DNA from: a virus
Lineage: Duplodnaviria > Caudoviricetes
Reading direction: 5' to 3' (one strand)
DNA length: 64,000 bases
Virus record (IMG/VR): IMGVR_UViG_3300032030_002018
Shown here: piece after piece, positions 1 through 9,510 of the stretch
Position numbering within the stretch: the stretch's first letter is position 1
How the letters are laid out: the number at the start of each line of letters is the position of its first letter
Notes under the pieces: generated by a model
Told to the model about the DNA's origin: nothing
The model's input: the letters and a program-made list of their open reading frames with translations, nothing else
The model's database searches: none
Translations under genes and position numbers: made by a program

Positions 1-69
1 ACCTTACCAGTTTAGACAATACATTGCAGATAGAATGATTTCACAAGTAACAAATGGTGAATATTAATT

Positions 70-417
70 ATGAAAAGAGTTCTATTAAATGAAAATGATT
101 TACGAAGAATGGTAAACTATGCTGTTAAAACCATCTTGTCAGAAGGTAATAATGGCGCGTTGTATCATAATAAGCCTTTTTGGATTGGAAGTGTCAGTCT
201 GTTAGATGGCGAAATAGAGGAAGTGCATACATTTGAAGAGGCTGAGGATTGTGATTTTCACCATACATTCGTATTCTCATCTCCGCAAGTAGAGAAAATC
301 AACAACGAAGAAAACGCTATATTCTGGATTGATGATGGAAAAATACAAGGAACTTGGAGAGTTAATGTTCCACAACATATAATACAAAGAATAAGAGGCC
401 AAATTAAAATACTCTGA
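70..417 (+). CDS. Hypothetical protein with LTESDL-type N-terminal leader (putative virion/internal head protein)
   Basis: N-terminus MKRVLLNENDLRRMVNYAVKTILSE resembles ORFs at 3983, 5093 and 57636. Confidence 0.6.
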   Translation: MKRVLLNENDLRRMVNYAVKTILSEGNNGALYHNKPFWIGSVSLLDGEIEEVHTFEEAEDCDFHHTFVFSSPQVEKINNEENAIFWIDDGKIQGTWRVNVPQHIIQRIRGQIKIL

Positions 418-431
418 TTTTTATGTTTTTG

Positions 432-459
432 TTGGGCAGTCTATAATGACTGCCCTTTT
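432..459. terminator. Bidirectional intrinsic terminator
   Basis: gggcagt...actgccc hairpin followed by a T tract, between convergent genes. Confidence 0.6.
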
Positions 460-1209
460 TTATTTTTCTGATAATATGAAATCATTTATTCTTTTATTTG
501 TCATATCAACATACTGTTGGAATTTGTCAAATCCAATATAGTCAAATCCATTCTTTATTGCTGATACAGCTACGGTTCCGCTGCCCATAAAAGGGTCAAG
601 AACAACTTTGTCGTGATTGTCGTTTGGTATGCAATGTAATATATTATCAGGTAACTTTATTGGAAATGGCGCAGGATGCTCACTATTTGTAATGAATGGA
701 AAATCCCATACTTCTTTCTTGAATTCTGTATCCCTGAACCTATAGAAATCTGGTGAATTTGATTTCGCAAGCCAAAATATAAGTTCTGTTGTTGGTAAGT
801 ATTTACCTATGTTGACATTATGTGTTGACTTCCTATCCCATATTATTTCCTGTCTAATCTTGAAAGGGGTTTTGAACAACCATTGATATGGAGATACAAT
901 GCATCCGTGTCCTTTCCATATTCTGTTCTTGTGGTTATAGAACATACTACCGTTTTCTTTCAGCACCCGATAACACTCTGATAAGATGTCAATCTGCCAT
1001 TGTTGGTATTCATCCTCAGGCAGGTTATCAACATTAACATCACCATTGTATGCGATGTTATAAATCCATTTGCCTTTGATGTCGCTATCGTGATTCAATC
1101 CCTTCTTATTATAAGGCGGAGATGTTATGATTACATCTATTGAATTATCGTCAAGCATTCTCAATCCTTCAAGGACATCAACGCAATATATTTTATTTCT
1201 GTCTAACAT
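460..1209 (-). CDS. DNA methyltransferase, N6A/N4C, beta class
   Basis: TSPPY catalytic motif precedes DPFMGSG SAM-binding motif; paralogue of 43190-43924. Confidence 0.9.
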   Translation of the reverse strand: MLDRNKIYCVDVLEGLRMLDDNSIDVIITSPPYNKKGLNHDSDIKGKWIYNIAYNGDVNVDNLPEDEYQQWQIDILSECYRVLKENGSMFYNHKNRIWKGHGCIVSPYQWLFKTPFKIRQEIIWDRKSTHNVNIGKYLPTTELIFWLAKSNSPDFYRFRDTEFKKEVWDFPFITNSEHPAPFPIKLPDNILHCIPNDNHDKVVLDPFMGSGTVAVSAIKNGFDYIGFDKFQQYVDMTNKRINDFILSEK

Positions 1210-1212
1210 TTC

Positions 1213-1395
1213 TTACGCGTGGTTTGATATAATAGCATCACAATCTCTGCTTATTGAATCAGTGTACACTGATTTGATTTCATCAATTTGAGCGTCCGGA
1301 TAAACCTCGTAAAATAATTCTATTGCCTTTTGAATGTCACTGCTAACAACAAACTTATTGTTAATTTTCCAAATTCTAGTATACAGATACGCCAT
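1213..1395 (-). CDS. Hypothetical protein
   Basis: 60-aa ORF tightly packed in a minus-strand operon. Confidence 0.6.
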   Translation of the reverse strand: MAYLYTRIWKINNKFVVSSDIQKAIELFYEVYPDAQIDEIKSVYTDSISRDCDAIISNHA

Positions 1396-1399
1396 ATTT

Positions 1400-2050
1400 T
1401 TATAATTTTAGTTCTTTATCAATTTTTGCAAGTTTCAAGAAATGCTGTAATTCGTGTACATATTTAACATCCATTATGAATGTTCCATTTTCCCTGGTAA
1501 TACAGAATCTATCTTCTCTTGCCTCGATATTATATCCAATATGCGTTACCTCCGGTATATGTCCTAAAACATAAGTCTCAAATACATTAAGATATTTGGT
1601 TTTGTCAAAATTCTTATTTATAAATTCCCTTGATAAAGGTATTGGATAAAAAACGCAACTAGATATATTACAACGTAGTTGTAAAACTTCGTTTACTCCG
1701 TTTCTTCTGCTATAAACAAAATCGCCATACATTAAATCATCCTTTGTGAGAATTGGTTCTGTTTGTAATAGTGTTTTTGCACTTTCATCCCATTCAAAAC
1801 CTGCTGCTTTTAACTTATTATAAAAGTCAATATATTCAATATTGTTTGCAAATCTTTTATCTTCCAATTGCAACGCAAGTTTATGGTTGTAAAAATACAT
1901 AAATGAGCTATTTGCAATCATACAATAAGCAGATGTAAATAAAATACCGCGTTCTTCTGTAACAGTTCCGTCACAAAGATATATTTGGTGTGATATTTCG
2001 CTAATCAAAACATCGCCATTCTTCAAGTTCTTAATATCTTTCTTATCCAT
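1400..2050 (-). CDS. Hypothetical phage protein
   Basis: Long ORF; start placed at the MDKK ATG overlapping the upstream stop. Confidence 0.65.
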   Translation of the reverse strand: MDKKDIKNLKNGDVLISEISHQIYLCDGTVTEERGILFTSAYCMIANSSFMYFYNHKLALQLEDKRFANNIEYIDFYNKLKAAGFEWDESAKTLLQTEPILTKDDLMYGDFVYSRRNGVNEVLQLRCNISSCVFYPIPLSREFINKNFDKTKYLNVFETYVLGHIPEVTHIGYNIEAREDRFCITRENGTFIMDVKYVHELQHFLKLAKIDKELKL

Positions 2051-2870
2051 CGATTTTTTTCTCAAAAAATTCAACTATTTTTTTAATTTCAACTATTTTA
2101 CCAACATTTGTTGAATCCTTGTCATTCAATTTCTCATTTATTATTGATAAGACAAACATAATACCAATTTTATTTGCATTGATTAAAAGTTCTTCCCATT
2201 TGTTCAGTTTAATACCACTGTCACAATCGTTGAAAACTTTTTTCATAACGCTTAAAGAATTCGACAAATCCAATTCCTTTCCACACGATTTATATGTAAC
2301 AGAATCATTGTTTGAGTCTTCTTTTTTGGATTGGATTTCTCTTATTTCCTCATAATTCAATTCATCAGCAGGTGTGAAAGGATATACTCCTTTATCTTTT
2401 GAATAGCACAAGTTAGCCTTTTTAAGTTCTTCAATATAATCTGACTCCTGTTTCTCTGACGCAAATACAAACTCATTAATCGGTGCTACGAAAATATCAC
2501 CAGTAATGGCATAGCATACAAGTTCATCACAACCGTTATTACCGTTTGCATCATAACTGAAATATTTTTTATCCTTTACAATATAAACATTTCCGTTGAT
2601 ATTAACAACAAAATCCCCAACTTTGAATAAATACTTTCCCCATTCACTCCAATTTCTACACACGCGTTCTGGCCACAAAGAACAAGGATATGAATCATCG
2701 CCAATAAGCTGTCCAAAATTAGAAAAAGAAAAATACTTGTCACCGTCACTTACAATTACCTTTTCATCTGTTGAAATTTCCCTGTATTCTACATATCCAA
2801 ATGAATCAGACCATAATCTCAATCCAGGTCTCGCATTTCTCAAAACTTCGCAAACATTAAACATTTCCAT
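2043..2870 (-). CDS. Hypothetical phage protein
   Basis: 275-aa ORF in operon. Confidence 0.7.
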   Translation of the reverse strand: MEMFNVCEVLRNARPGLRLWSDSFGYVEYREISTDEKVIVSDGDKYFSFSNFGQLIGDDSYPCSLWPERVCRNWSEWGKYLFKVGDFVVNINGNVYIVKDKKYFSYDANGNNGCDELVCYAITGDIFVAPINEFVFASEKQESDYIEELKKANLCYSKDKGVYPFTPADELNYEEIREIQSKKEDSNNDSVTYKSCGKELDLSNSLSVMKKVFNDCDSGIKLNKWEELLINANKIGIMFVLSIINEKLNDKDSTNVGKIVEIKKIVEFFEKKIDG

Positions 2871-2885
2871 TTGTTTTTAATAAAT

Positions 2886-3599
2886 TTATCCTTTTATTTC
2901 TTTCATTTTTGCAATCGCTTTCTCATCGTGTTCCCACAGATAATAATCAACTTTTTTCTTTTTGTCTTTCTGAAATACCCAAAACACACTGTTATAATTC
3001 CTTGCGTGTTGCTGCTCTTTTATCTGTCCGCTCAACAACCTTGATTTCGCATTCAGATTGAACTTGTCCAATGTTGTAAAACCAGCCTTTTCAGCCTCCA
3101 ACCAAGTATATTCCTCATTTGCGTAGAACCTTGAACTTGATATGGTATTCTGGCATTTCACGACAAATATTCCACCATCCTTCAATATTCTGTAAGCTTC
3201 ATTTATCCAATGATGATAAGACTCGTGTAGTTCATACATTGGATAATAAGAAGAAAACCTCTTTGATATTATACAGCTTCCGTCCTTGATTGGCTTATCA
3301 GTTCTTGGACCACATACAAAAGGTGGGTCAAACATAATACTTAAAACGGATTCATCCTCTAACGGCAAAGAACCCCAGGGTTCAATCTTAACAACATCTT
3401 CCAATTGTGGGAATACATCAAATTTAAGAATTGGTTCAGGAACTTCTATGTCCTTACTGTTCTTCTTTTTATAAAATCCACCAGTACTGTACGTTATATC
3501 AACATCAAATGGGTTTCCATTATTATGCATATTGATAATATTCATAATAATCTCCTTTTGATTAGTGGACACATTTCTTATAACTTCATTATACTCCAT
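2886..3599 (-). CDS. Putative DNA adenine methyltransferase
   Basis: FDVDITYSTGG SAM-binding-like motif followed by DPPF catalytic motif. Confidence 0.75.
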   Translation of the reverse strand: MEYNEVIRNVSTNQKEIIMNIINMHNNGNPFDVDITYSTGGFYKKKNSKDIEVPEPILKFDVFPQLEDVVKIEPWGSLPLEDESVLSIMFDPPFVCGPRTDKPIKDGSCIISKRFSSYYPMYELHESYHHWINEAYRILKDGGIFVVKCQNTISSSRFYANEEYTWLEAEKAGFTTLDKFNLNAKSRLLSGQIKEQQHARNYNSVFWVFQKDKKKKVDYYLWEHDEKAIAKMKEIKG

Positions 3600-3883
3600 T
3601 TAAAAATCGTATTTTTTAATTCTTTTGTTTTTAACGGTATTTTTGTTGTGTCTAATTGTTTAATGTTGTTGAACACGTCAAAAAAAGACAAATAACTGTA
3701 AGTATGTGCAATAGCCTTAACATCCAATAAAGTTCCATCTTTTGAAACAATTGTGGAGTACTCTTTTTGTTTTAAAATATCTAACAAACATTGTAACCAT
3801 TTACTGTTTTCATTACTACATCCATCAATTGCTTTCTGTGCGGACGAAACAATTTCCTCATAATTACGATATCTAGTTACCAT
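3578..3883 (-). CDS. Hypothetical protein
   Basis: First ORF after a TAnnTTTG promoter at ~3901-3933. Confidence 0.6.
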   Translation of the reverse strand: MVTRYRNYEEIVSSAQKAIDGCSNENSKWLQCLLDILKQKEYSTIVSKDGTLLDVKAIAHTYSYLSFFDVFNNIKQLDTTKIPLKTKELKNTIFKWSIMKL

Positions 3884-3982
3884 CTATTTCATTTTTTTAG
3901 CAAATATATACAAATATTTTAAGAAAAACAAATATATTAAGATATTTATTAAGAAAAATAAGAATTTTATAATAGATATAAT

Positions 3983-4366
3983 ATGAAAAAGAGAATTAGA
4001 CTAACAGAATCTGACTTGCATAGAATCGTGAATGAGTCAGTGAAAAGAGTGTTGAGAGAAGGTGGACATTTATATTGGACTGATGATGAAGGTAATGCAC
4101 ATACAAATTCAACAGATTTATATAGAGGTGTTGATGGTGCGATATTGGTAAGTCACGGAGAATGGTCAGACCCTGAAATATTGTATAAAAAACATTCTAT
4201 TAACTATTGGGACGCAGAAGAATTACTTTGGAGTCATTATAAAGACTTTTGTGAAGAGAATGGTATAGAACCAACAGAAGACAAATTTGATGAATATGTT
4301 GAAGAATATGAGGATGTTGAAGGTGCCCTTGATGACCTTGTTTGGGCATTAGATGGAAATCCATAA
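3983..4366 (+). CDS. Acidic hypothetical protein with LTESDL leader
   Basis: MKKRIRLTESDLHRIVNESVKRVLRE; GATATTTAT motif upstream at 3941. Confidence 0.7.
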   Translation: MKKRIRLTESDLHRIVNESVKRVLREGGHLYWTDDEGNAHTNSTDLYRGVDGAILVSHGEWSDPEILYKKHSINYWDAEELLWSHYKDFCEENGIEPTEDKFDEYVEEYEDVEGALDDLVWALDGNP

Positions 4367-4385
4367 TTGACTATTATTATAACAT

Positions 4386-4426
4386 AAAAACGGTGAGTTT
4401 AATTAAAAACTCACCGTTTCTTTTTT
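4386..4426. terminator. Bidirectional intrinsic terminator
   Basis: aaacggtgagttt...aaactcaccgttt hairpin flanked by A and T tracts. Confidence 0.75.
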
Positions 4427-4464
4427 AAATTCACACTTACTTAATTTTTCTCAATTAAAAGATA

Positions 4465-4839
4465 TTAGCACATATCGCTAATACCTTTAACATACAGTCT
4501 TGTATTAAGCACAATCAGATACTTTCTGTATTGTTCCCTATCCAATGTGTAATACACATTCCTAAGGTTATACTTAATGAGGTTCTCATATATCCTGCTC
4601 TTAGTGTCAATGAACTCTATATAAGGTACAGAGTCAAACTCCTCAATCAGGATGTTGTGGAACTTCTCAAACGAATCCTTCTGACTGTCATCAATCTCAA
4701 TGAACTCCTCAATCTTGTTCACATCATCAATCATCGTTTCAAGACTGTCAACAGTAATAGTATCTTTTACACTCTTTGAATGTGATGGCGTACTCATCCC
4801 GAGTACGAATACTACCATAAATAATAACATTTTTTTCAT
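4465..4839 (-). CDS. Hypothetical exported protein
   Basis: MKKMLLFMVVFVLG signal-peptide-like start. Confidence 0.6.
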   Translation of the reverse strand: MKKMLLFMVVFVLGMSTPSHSKSVKDTITVDSLETMIDDVNKIEEFIEIDDSQKDSFEKFHNILIEEFDSVPYIEFIDTKSRIYENLIKYNLRNVYYTLDREQYRKYLIVLNTRLYVKGISDMC

Positions 4840-5092
4840 TTCGCTCTTACTTTTTACTATAATTTTTATCATTTTACTCCACTGTGTGCGCACACAGCGA
4901 AAGTTTATAAAAAAAACCCGCAGTTTACCCTTGGGAGTTACTTAACTAATATTTTTTCGCACTTCTATAATATAAATATATCGAACTTTCAAAAAGTATC
5001 GATTTTTTTTAATTTCAACAATGCAAATATACATAAAATATATGTAAAAACCAAATTTTTTAGATATTTATTTAATAAAAAATAGCAATGTT

Positions 5093-5629
5093 ATGAGAAA
5101 AAGGATAAGATTAACTGAAAATGAGTTAAATTCTTTAGTGAACAAATCTGTTAAAAGGATATTAAGTGAAACACACTGGCGAACGAGTTTAGATGCATAT
5201 AATAAATCGTCAGAATTGGTAGACGGTGTTTACCACATAATAGATAATCTTAGGGAGGTTGAAAGTTTTTTAAGAGACTATGCTGAATCTGTTAAAGGAG
5301 CAAAACCAATGTATGTTAAATTTGCAGGGTACATAGATGAAATATTCAACTATCTTATGAGAAAACACGACCAAATGTCGAATTTTGAAGAACTTTCTGA
5401 CGAAAATTTTAAAAATCAGCACGATGGAAAAACATTATCTCAATATACGGATGATTTTGAAAATGAAACTATGAGAGATGACTTTGAAGGGTTTAATGAT
5501 ACCAACGACCCAAGTGGTAAAAAAAGAAAATTCCAAGATTATTATGACGGTCCAAGTACTTACCAAAGAAGAACTGGGGAATACATACCAAATCCGGACT
5601 ATTATGAAAAATCAAGAAGGGCTAGGTAA
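5093..5629 (+). CDS. Hypothetical protein with LTENEL leader
   Basis: MRKRIRLTENELNSLVNKSVKRILSE; GATATTTAT at 5063. Confidence 0.7.
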   Translation: MRKRIRLTENELNSLVNKSVKRILSETHWRTSLDAYNKSSELVDGVYHIIDNLREVESFLRDYAESVKGAKPMYVKFAGYIDEIFNYLMRKHDQMSNFEELSDENFKNQHDGKTLSQYTDDFENETMRDDFEGFNDTNDPSGKKRKFQDYYDGPSTYQRRTGEYIPNPDYYEKSRRAR

Positions 5630-5671
5630 AATCTATTCTAATTACCATATGGTAAAAAAAATGAGCAATCT

Positions 5672-6607
5672 TTAAACGGATTGCTCATTTTCTTGTTCTG
5701 ATGATACTTGTTCGACTGTTTCAATGTCTTCTTTATATCTTTCTTTTGCTATTTTCAAAAAATCAGTTGGATTAACATTTATATCATTTACAGTGCTTCC
5801 AAGATTATCGTTCAGGAATATAATTTTTTCTCCATCTACTGTAGCCACTATATATAATATAGATTTATGTTCAAAGTTAGTATAATTAAACTTCAATCCT
5901 TGAATTCTTTGAATAAAATCATCTACTACAGCCTTATCAGCGCCAGAATCAACCAATTGTCTAACTCCGCTAATAGGCGATTTAGGTGGTAGATAATTTG
6001 CGACTTGTTCTTTTGTCAATTCAGCTGTTATGTGCCCTGACTTATCAATGATATAATATCTTGAATTAATATTGGCTCCGTATGTATTTTGAGGGGTATA
6101 AGAATTACCTTTTTTCTCATCGTTTTCACCATTATATGTTTTTACGTGATGACTGTAATCCATATCTTTGGTATAAGCCTTTTTCTTCCCCATCGGGTCA
6201 ATTCCAAATTCTCCTCTTATAGTGTTAACATCGTTTTTGTATTTATCATATAAGGCATTAACTCTATCAGTTTTATTAAATCTGAAATTATAACTTGTTA
6301 ATTTGATTATGCCTCCAATTTCTCCTTCGTATCCCATTTCCTTACCAAATGATTCATAATCGTCATAACCTTTCTTTCTATTAGTCAGAGGATTTATACG
6401 TTGAACCTTTGGCAGAACTAACTTTGCACTATTCACATAACCAATTGTAACGAACTTGTTGTTTCCAATCTTATCCAAAATATCAAATAAAACGTTTGGA
6501 GACTCAACTTTTCTGGCTTCAGTCAACATCTTTGAAGACTTAAAACCATTAATGTTCTCCATTAATGACAATATTCTGTTTAATTCTTTGCAATCTTTTC
6601 TTTCCAT
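5672..6607 (-). CDS. Hypothetical phage protein
   Basis: 311-aa ORF. Confidence 0.75.
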   Translation of the reverse strand: MERKDCKELNRILSLMENINGFKSSKMLTEARKVESPNVLFDILDKIGNNKFVTIGYVNSAKLVLPKVQRINPLTNRKKGYDDYESFGKEMGYEGEIGGIIKLTSYNFRFNKTDRVNALYDKYKNDVNTIRGEFGIDPMGKKKAYTKDMDYSHHVKTYNGENDEKKGNSYTPQNTYGANINSRYYIIDKSGHITAELTKEQVANYLPPKSPISGVRQLVDSGADKAVVDDFIQRIQGLKFNYTNFEHKSILYIVATVDGEKIIFLNDNLGSTVNDINVNPTDFLKIAKERYKEDIETVEQVSSEQENEQSV

Positions 6608-6647
6608 TGATATGTAATTTATTTTTTTTTATTTAATCATCATCTTC

Positions 6648-6790
6648 ACAGTATGTTAAAACTTGAACAAACTTGTCTGTCCATTATTAACTTCTTGCTT
6701 CAACCTACCACTGCTTTTTAGTGCCTCATCACTGAGTCTGTCATCCACAGTTGGATAGTCCACAAGCATAAATTCTGTAGTACTGCTACC
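6648..6790 (-). ncRNA. omegaRNA/reRNA scaffold of the IS607 TnpB (copy A)
   Basis: Overlaps the tnpB 3' end; 5' hairpin GUAG-CAGUA-CUAC whose loop can pair with the 3'-terminal UACUG; homologous to 10230-10335 and 14506-14652. Confidence 0.75.
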
Positions 6791-6889
6791 TACTATTCTT
6801 AAACCTTCATCAAGTATGTTTAACGCTGCATTGTAGTCTCGCTCAATCACTTCACCACAAACAGGGCATAACCATTGTCTGTCACTCAA
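6656..6889 (-). pseudogene. tnpB: TnpB C-terminal remnant (Zn finger and RuvC-III)
   Basis: [21 protein letters not shown]; N-terminal part absent. Confidence 0.85.
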
Positions 6890-7018
6890 CTTCAGTTCTT
6901 TATTGCTCTTAACATAAATTTCCTATTTAATCATCTTCTGTACACCACATACCACCAGGACAACTTGTGTCATTAAACGGACAGTCGGTACATTTATCTT
7001 TATTTTCTTCTTTGTTGT

Positions 7019-7300
7019 TCATTTTCTTCTGTTAAATTCATCTATAATATTTTGTGACGGTTTGCCAACTGATGCCAAATACTTATAGTAAAGTTTTTTG
7101 CAAACAAATGGGTTTCCATTACAACCGTCTGTATCTTTATGCGACCAAGGAAGCATACATTCAGGATAGCCATTATCCCACCACTCACATTCGTTTCCAA
7201 ATTCAAAAAGCAATTTATTCGCCTTTCTATTAACAGATGTTCTTTGTTTATTTTTTCCCATCTTTCTTATTTTTTCTCCTTTCAGCACTTCTGCGTCCAT
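7019..7300 (-). CDS. Hypothetical Cys-containing protein inside the IS607 remnant
   Basis: 93-aa ORF between the tnpA and tnpB fragments; start uncertain. Confidence 0.5.
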   Translation of the reverse strand: MDAEVLKGEKIRKMGKNKQRTSVNRKANKLLFEFGNECEWWDNGYPECMLPWSHKDTDGCNGNPFVCKKLYYKYLASVGKPSQNIIDEFNRRK

Positions 7301-7625
7301 AATACTTCCCTGAGAATGAAGCCAACAGTGACATCATATCAGCAGCCAATTCCTCAGTATCAGATACGTCCATACCATTTATCACAATTACCTCACACCC
7401 ATAACTCTCAAACATCTTCTTGATGAACTTGAATTGGAATCGTGTAAGTCTATCCTTATGTTCTATTACCAACTTATTGACCTTTTGTTTTATTATCAAG
7501 TCAGTCAGTTTAACAAAGCCACTTCTATTGTCATTCAAACCACTACCAACATCTTTTATTATATGTGTGACAAGCATTCCTTTCTTGGCGCAATACTCAG
7601 ATAGTCTCTGTGATTGTCTATCCAA
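7248..7625 (-). pseudogene. tnpA: IS607-family serine recombinase TnpA, N-terminally disrupted
   Basis: DVGSGLN...IEHKDRLTRF...SFSGKYYGRRS motifs; catalytic YARVS region missing. Confidence 0.8.
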
Positions 7626-7842
7626 ATCACCTTTCTGTTTTTGCTCATCTTTCTTTCCAATAACCAGGTCTATGTCTATCAGCCTCCTTTAATACTTTAT
7701 TGGTGGCTTCTTGTACGATGTTATTTATTTCGTATTCTGTTATGGGTTTCATTTTTTTGTTATCTTTCTATATAAATATGATTCACAATAAAAAAGTTAC
7801 CAATGGTCATTAAACAATTTCCTTGGTAACTTTAAGCAATCA

Positions 7843-8121
7843 TTACTTCTTCTCTTCTTCCTTCTTTGGTGATAAAATGCCAAACAACTTGTCAAGTTCC
7901 TTAATTTTGTCGTTCAGTTCCTGACCATTTACCTCAACAGTAAAATCATTGTTGTTAACCTTATCACCAATCGAACTAATTGTTGACATTACGTCATTCT
8001 TCAACGAATCAAAATACTTCTTTCCAACAATGGTTTGAGCCTCAGTCTTTGAGTAACCGGCTTCAACCAAATTCTTGAATAATTCTTTTCTGAATTCTGA
8101 ATCTAAAATCCTCATAATCAA
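7843..8121 (-). CDS. Hypothetical protein
   Basis: 92-aa ORF downstream of tRNA-Arg. Confidence 0.65.
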   Translation of the reverse strand: MIMRILDSEFRKELFKNLVEAGYSKTEAQTIVGKKYFDSLKNDVMSTISSIGDKVNNNDFTVEVNGQELNDKIKELDKLFGILSPKKEEEKK

Positions 8122-8144
8122 TACAATAATAATAAAAAAAAATG

Positions 8145-8218
8145 TACATCCTCTGAGATTCGAACTCAGGACCCACAGTTTAGGAAACTGTTGCTCTATC
8201 CAACTGAGCTAAGGATGC
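8145..8218 (-). tRNA. tRNA-Arg(CCU)
   Basis: Cloverleaf GCATCCT...AGGATGT-A; anticodon arm ACAGT-TTCCTAA-ACTGT. Confidence 0.92.
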
Positions 8219-8242
8219 AACATAATTATTTAAATGACATTG

Positions 8243-8274
8243 CAAATGTATATTATTTTTTTGTAAAAACCAAA
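8243..8274 (-). promoter_or_regulatory. Bacteroidota housekeeping-sigma-type promoter
   Basis: TTTG-N20-TACATTTG directly upstream of tRNA-Arg. Confidence 0.8.
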
Positions 8275-8290
8275 TATTTTAGAAACTATT

Positions 8291-8596
8291 TCATCTTCTT
8301 CCAATTCTTATCCTTGAATTATTTCTTCCAACTGAATTTCCCTGTGGTCTTCCGTGATTTACATTAGGACGTTCAGATACTCTTGGATATCTTTGTGGCT
8401 CTCTACGATAAATAACTCTTGGTGGAGGAACAGGTCTGCTGTACTCCCTCACAATAACAGTTCTCGGCGGCGTTGTTACAACAACAGTTCCAACATATGG
8501 ATACGGGTCATATATAATGCCATATTCGTCACAAGAACTAAATGCTATTGCGACGAATATAAATGCTAAAATGTATAATATCTTTTTCATAGGCAA
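8291..8596 (-). CDS. Putative lipoprotein with Pro/Arg-rich tail
   Basis: MKKILYILAFIFVAIAFSSC lipobox-like signal. Confidence 0.65.
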   Translation of the reverse strand: MPMKKILYILAFIFVAIAFSSCDEYGIIYDPYPYVGTVVVTTPPRTVIVREYSRPVPPPRVIYRREPQRYPRVSERPNVNHGRPQGNSVGRNNSRIRIGRR

Positions 8597-8622
8597 TTAT
8601 TATTTTTACCTATAAATATAAG

Positions 8623-9510
8623 TTATTTTTCGTTTTTATCTTCCTGAATCAATTCAAATGGTTCTTCCTTTGTTTCTTCAACTCTTTTCTGCGCAATATC
8701 ACAGTATCGTCTGTCAATATCAATTCCAATATAATGTCTGCCAGTCCTTTTTGCAACAGCACAGGTTGTTCCAACTCCATTGAATATATCCATCACAGTA
8801 TCTCCACGAAAGCTGAATAGTCTAAGGATTCTATCTGCAATTGCTTCTGGAAACATTGCAGGATGTCCCCATTCTTTCATATTCCTTTCACCAGGAATAT
8901 TCCATATATTGCTCTTTACCCATTCAGAGAACTCTAATTTCTGCATATCGTCAGAGTTGTATGGCTGTTTAAAATGCTTTATATCACCTTTTGAATATAT
9001 CTCAATAAATTCAACCATAGATTTCATATATGGACTTGAAGAACTCAAATAACTACCCCAACAGGAATAATGTACATTGCGATTATTCTTATTCCATATA
9101 ATCTCATTTCGCCATATCATTTTATTCTCAATCATCAATGATGTTATCATATGATGTGTTGGAATAAAATCACTCATCAATGGCATTGTGTTTATTGCGA
9201 TTCTACCACCATATTTCGTTACACGTATTACCTCTTTTAATATTGCGAATAATTGATTGAAATATTCCTCATTGGTGGATGTATCGTCATATTCACCATA
9301 TTCCTTGCCAAAATTATATGGTGGGGAAGTAAAGGTCAAATCAATGCAATTGTCAGGCAATGTTTTTAAAAACTCCAAACTATCTGCACATATAATAGCA
9401 TCATTTATTGGAGAATCATTGTTGACCTTTGAAAAGGTATTGCCATTGGCATAATAATGCAATACCCTTTTGTTCTTTCTCTTATTTATTATTTTCTTTG
9501 TTTCAGACAT
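8623..9510 (-). CDS. DNA methyltransferase, N4C/N6A, beta class
   Basis: TSPPY, HPAMFP and DIFNGVG motifs; ATG overlaps the terminal CRISPR repeat. Confidence 0.9.
   Translation of the reverse strand: MSETKKIINKRKNKRVLHYYANGNTFSKVNNDSPINDAIICADSLEFLKTLPDNCIDLTFTSPPYNFGKEYGEYDDTSTNEEYFNQLFAILKEVIRVTKYGGRIAINTMPLMSDFIPTHHMITSLMIENKMIWRNEIIWNKNNRNVHYSCWGSYLSSSSPYMKSMVEFIEIYSKGDIKHFKQPYNSDDMQKLEFSEWVKSNIWNIPGERNMKEWGHPAMFPEAIADRILRLFSFRGDTVMDIFNGVGTTCAVAKRTGRHYIGIDIDRRYCDIAQKRVEETKEEPFELIQEDKNEK

Larger units (their letters stand above)
6648..7830 (-). mobile_element. Decayed IS607-family element (tnpA fragment, tnpB 3' fragment, right-end omegaRNA)
   Basis: Serine-resolvase fragment at 7248-7625 and TnpB C-terminus at 6656-6889; left boundary approximate. 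Confidence 0.7.
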
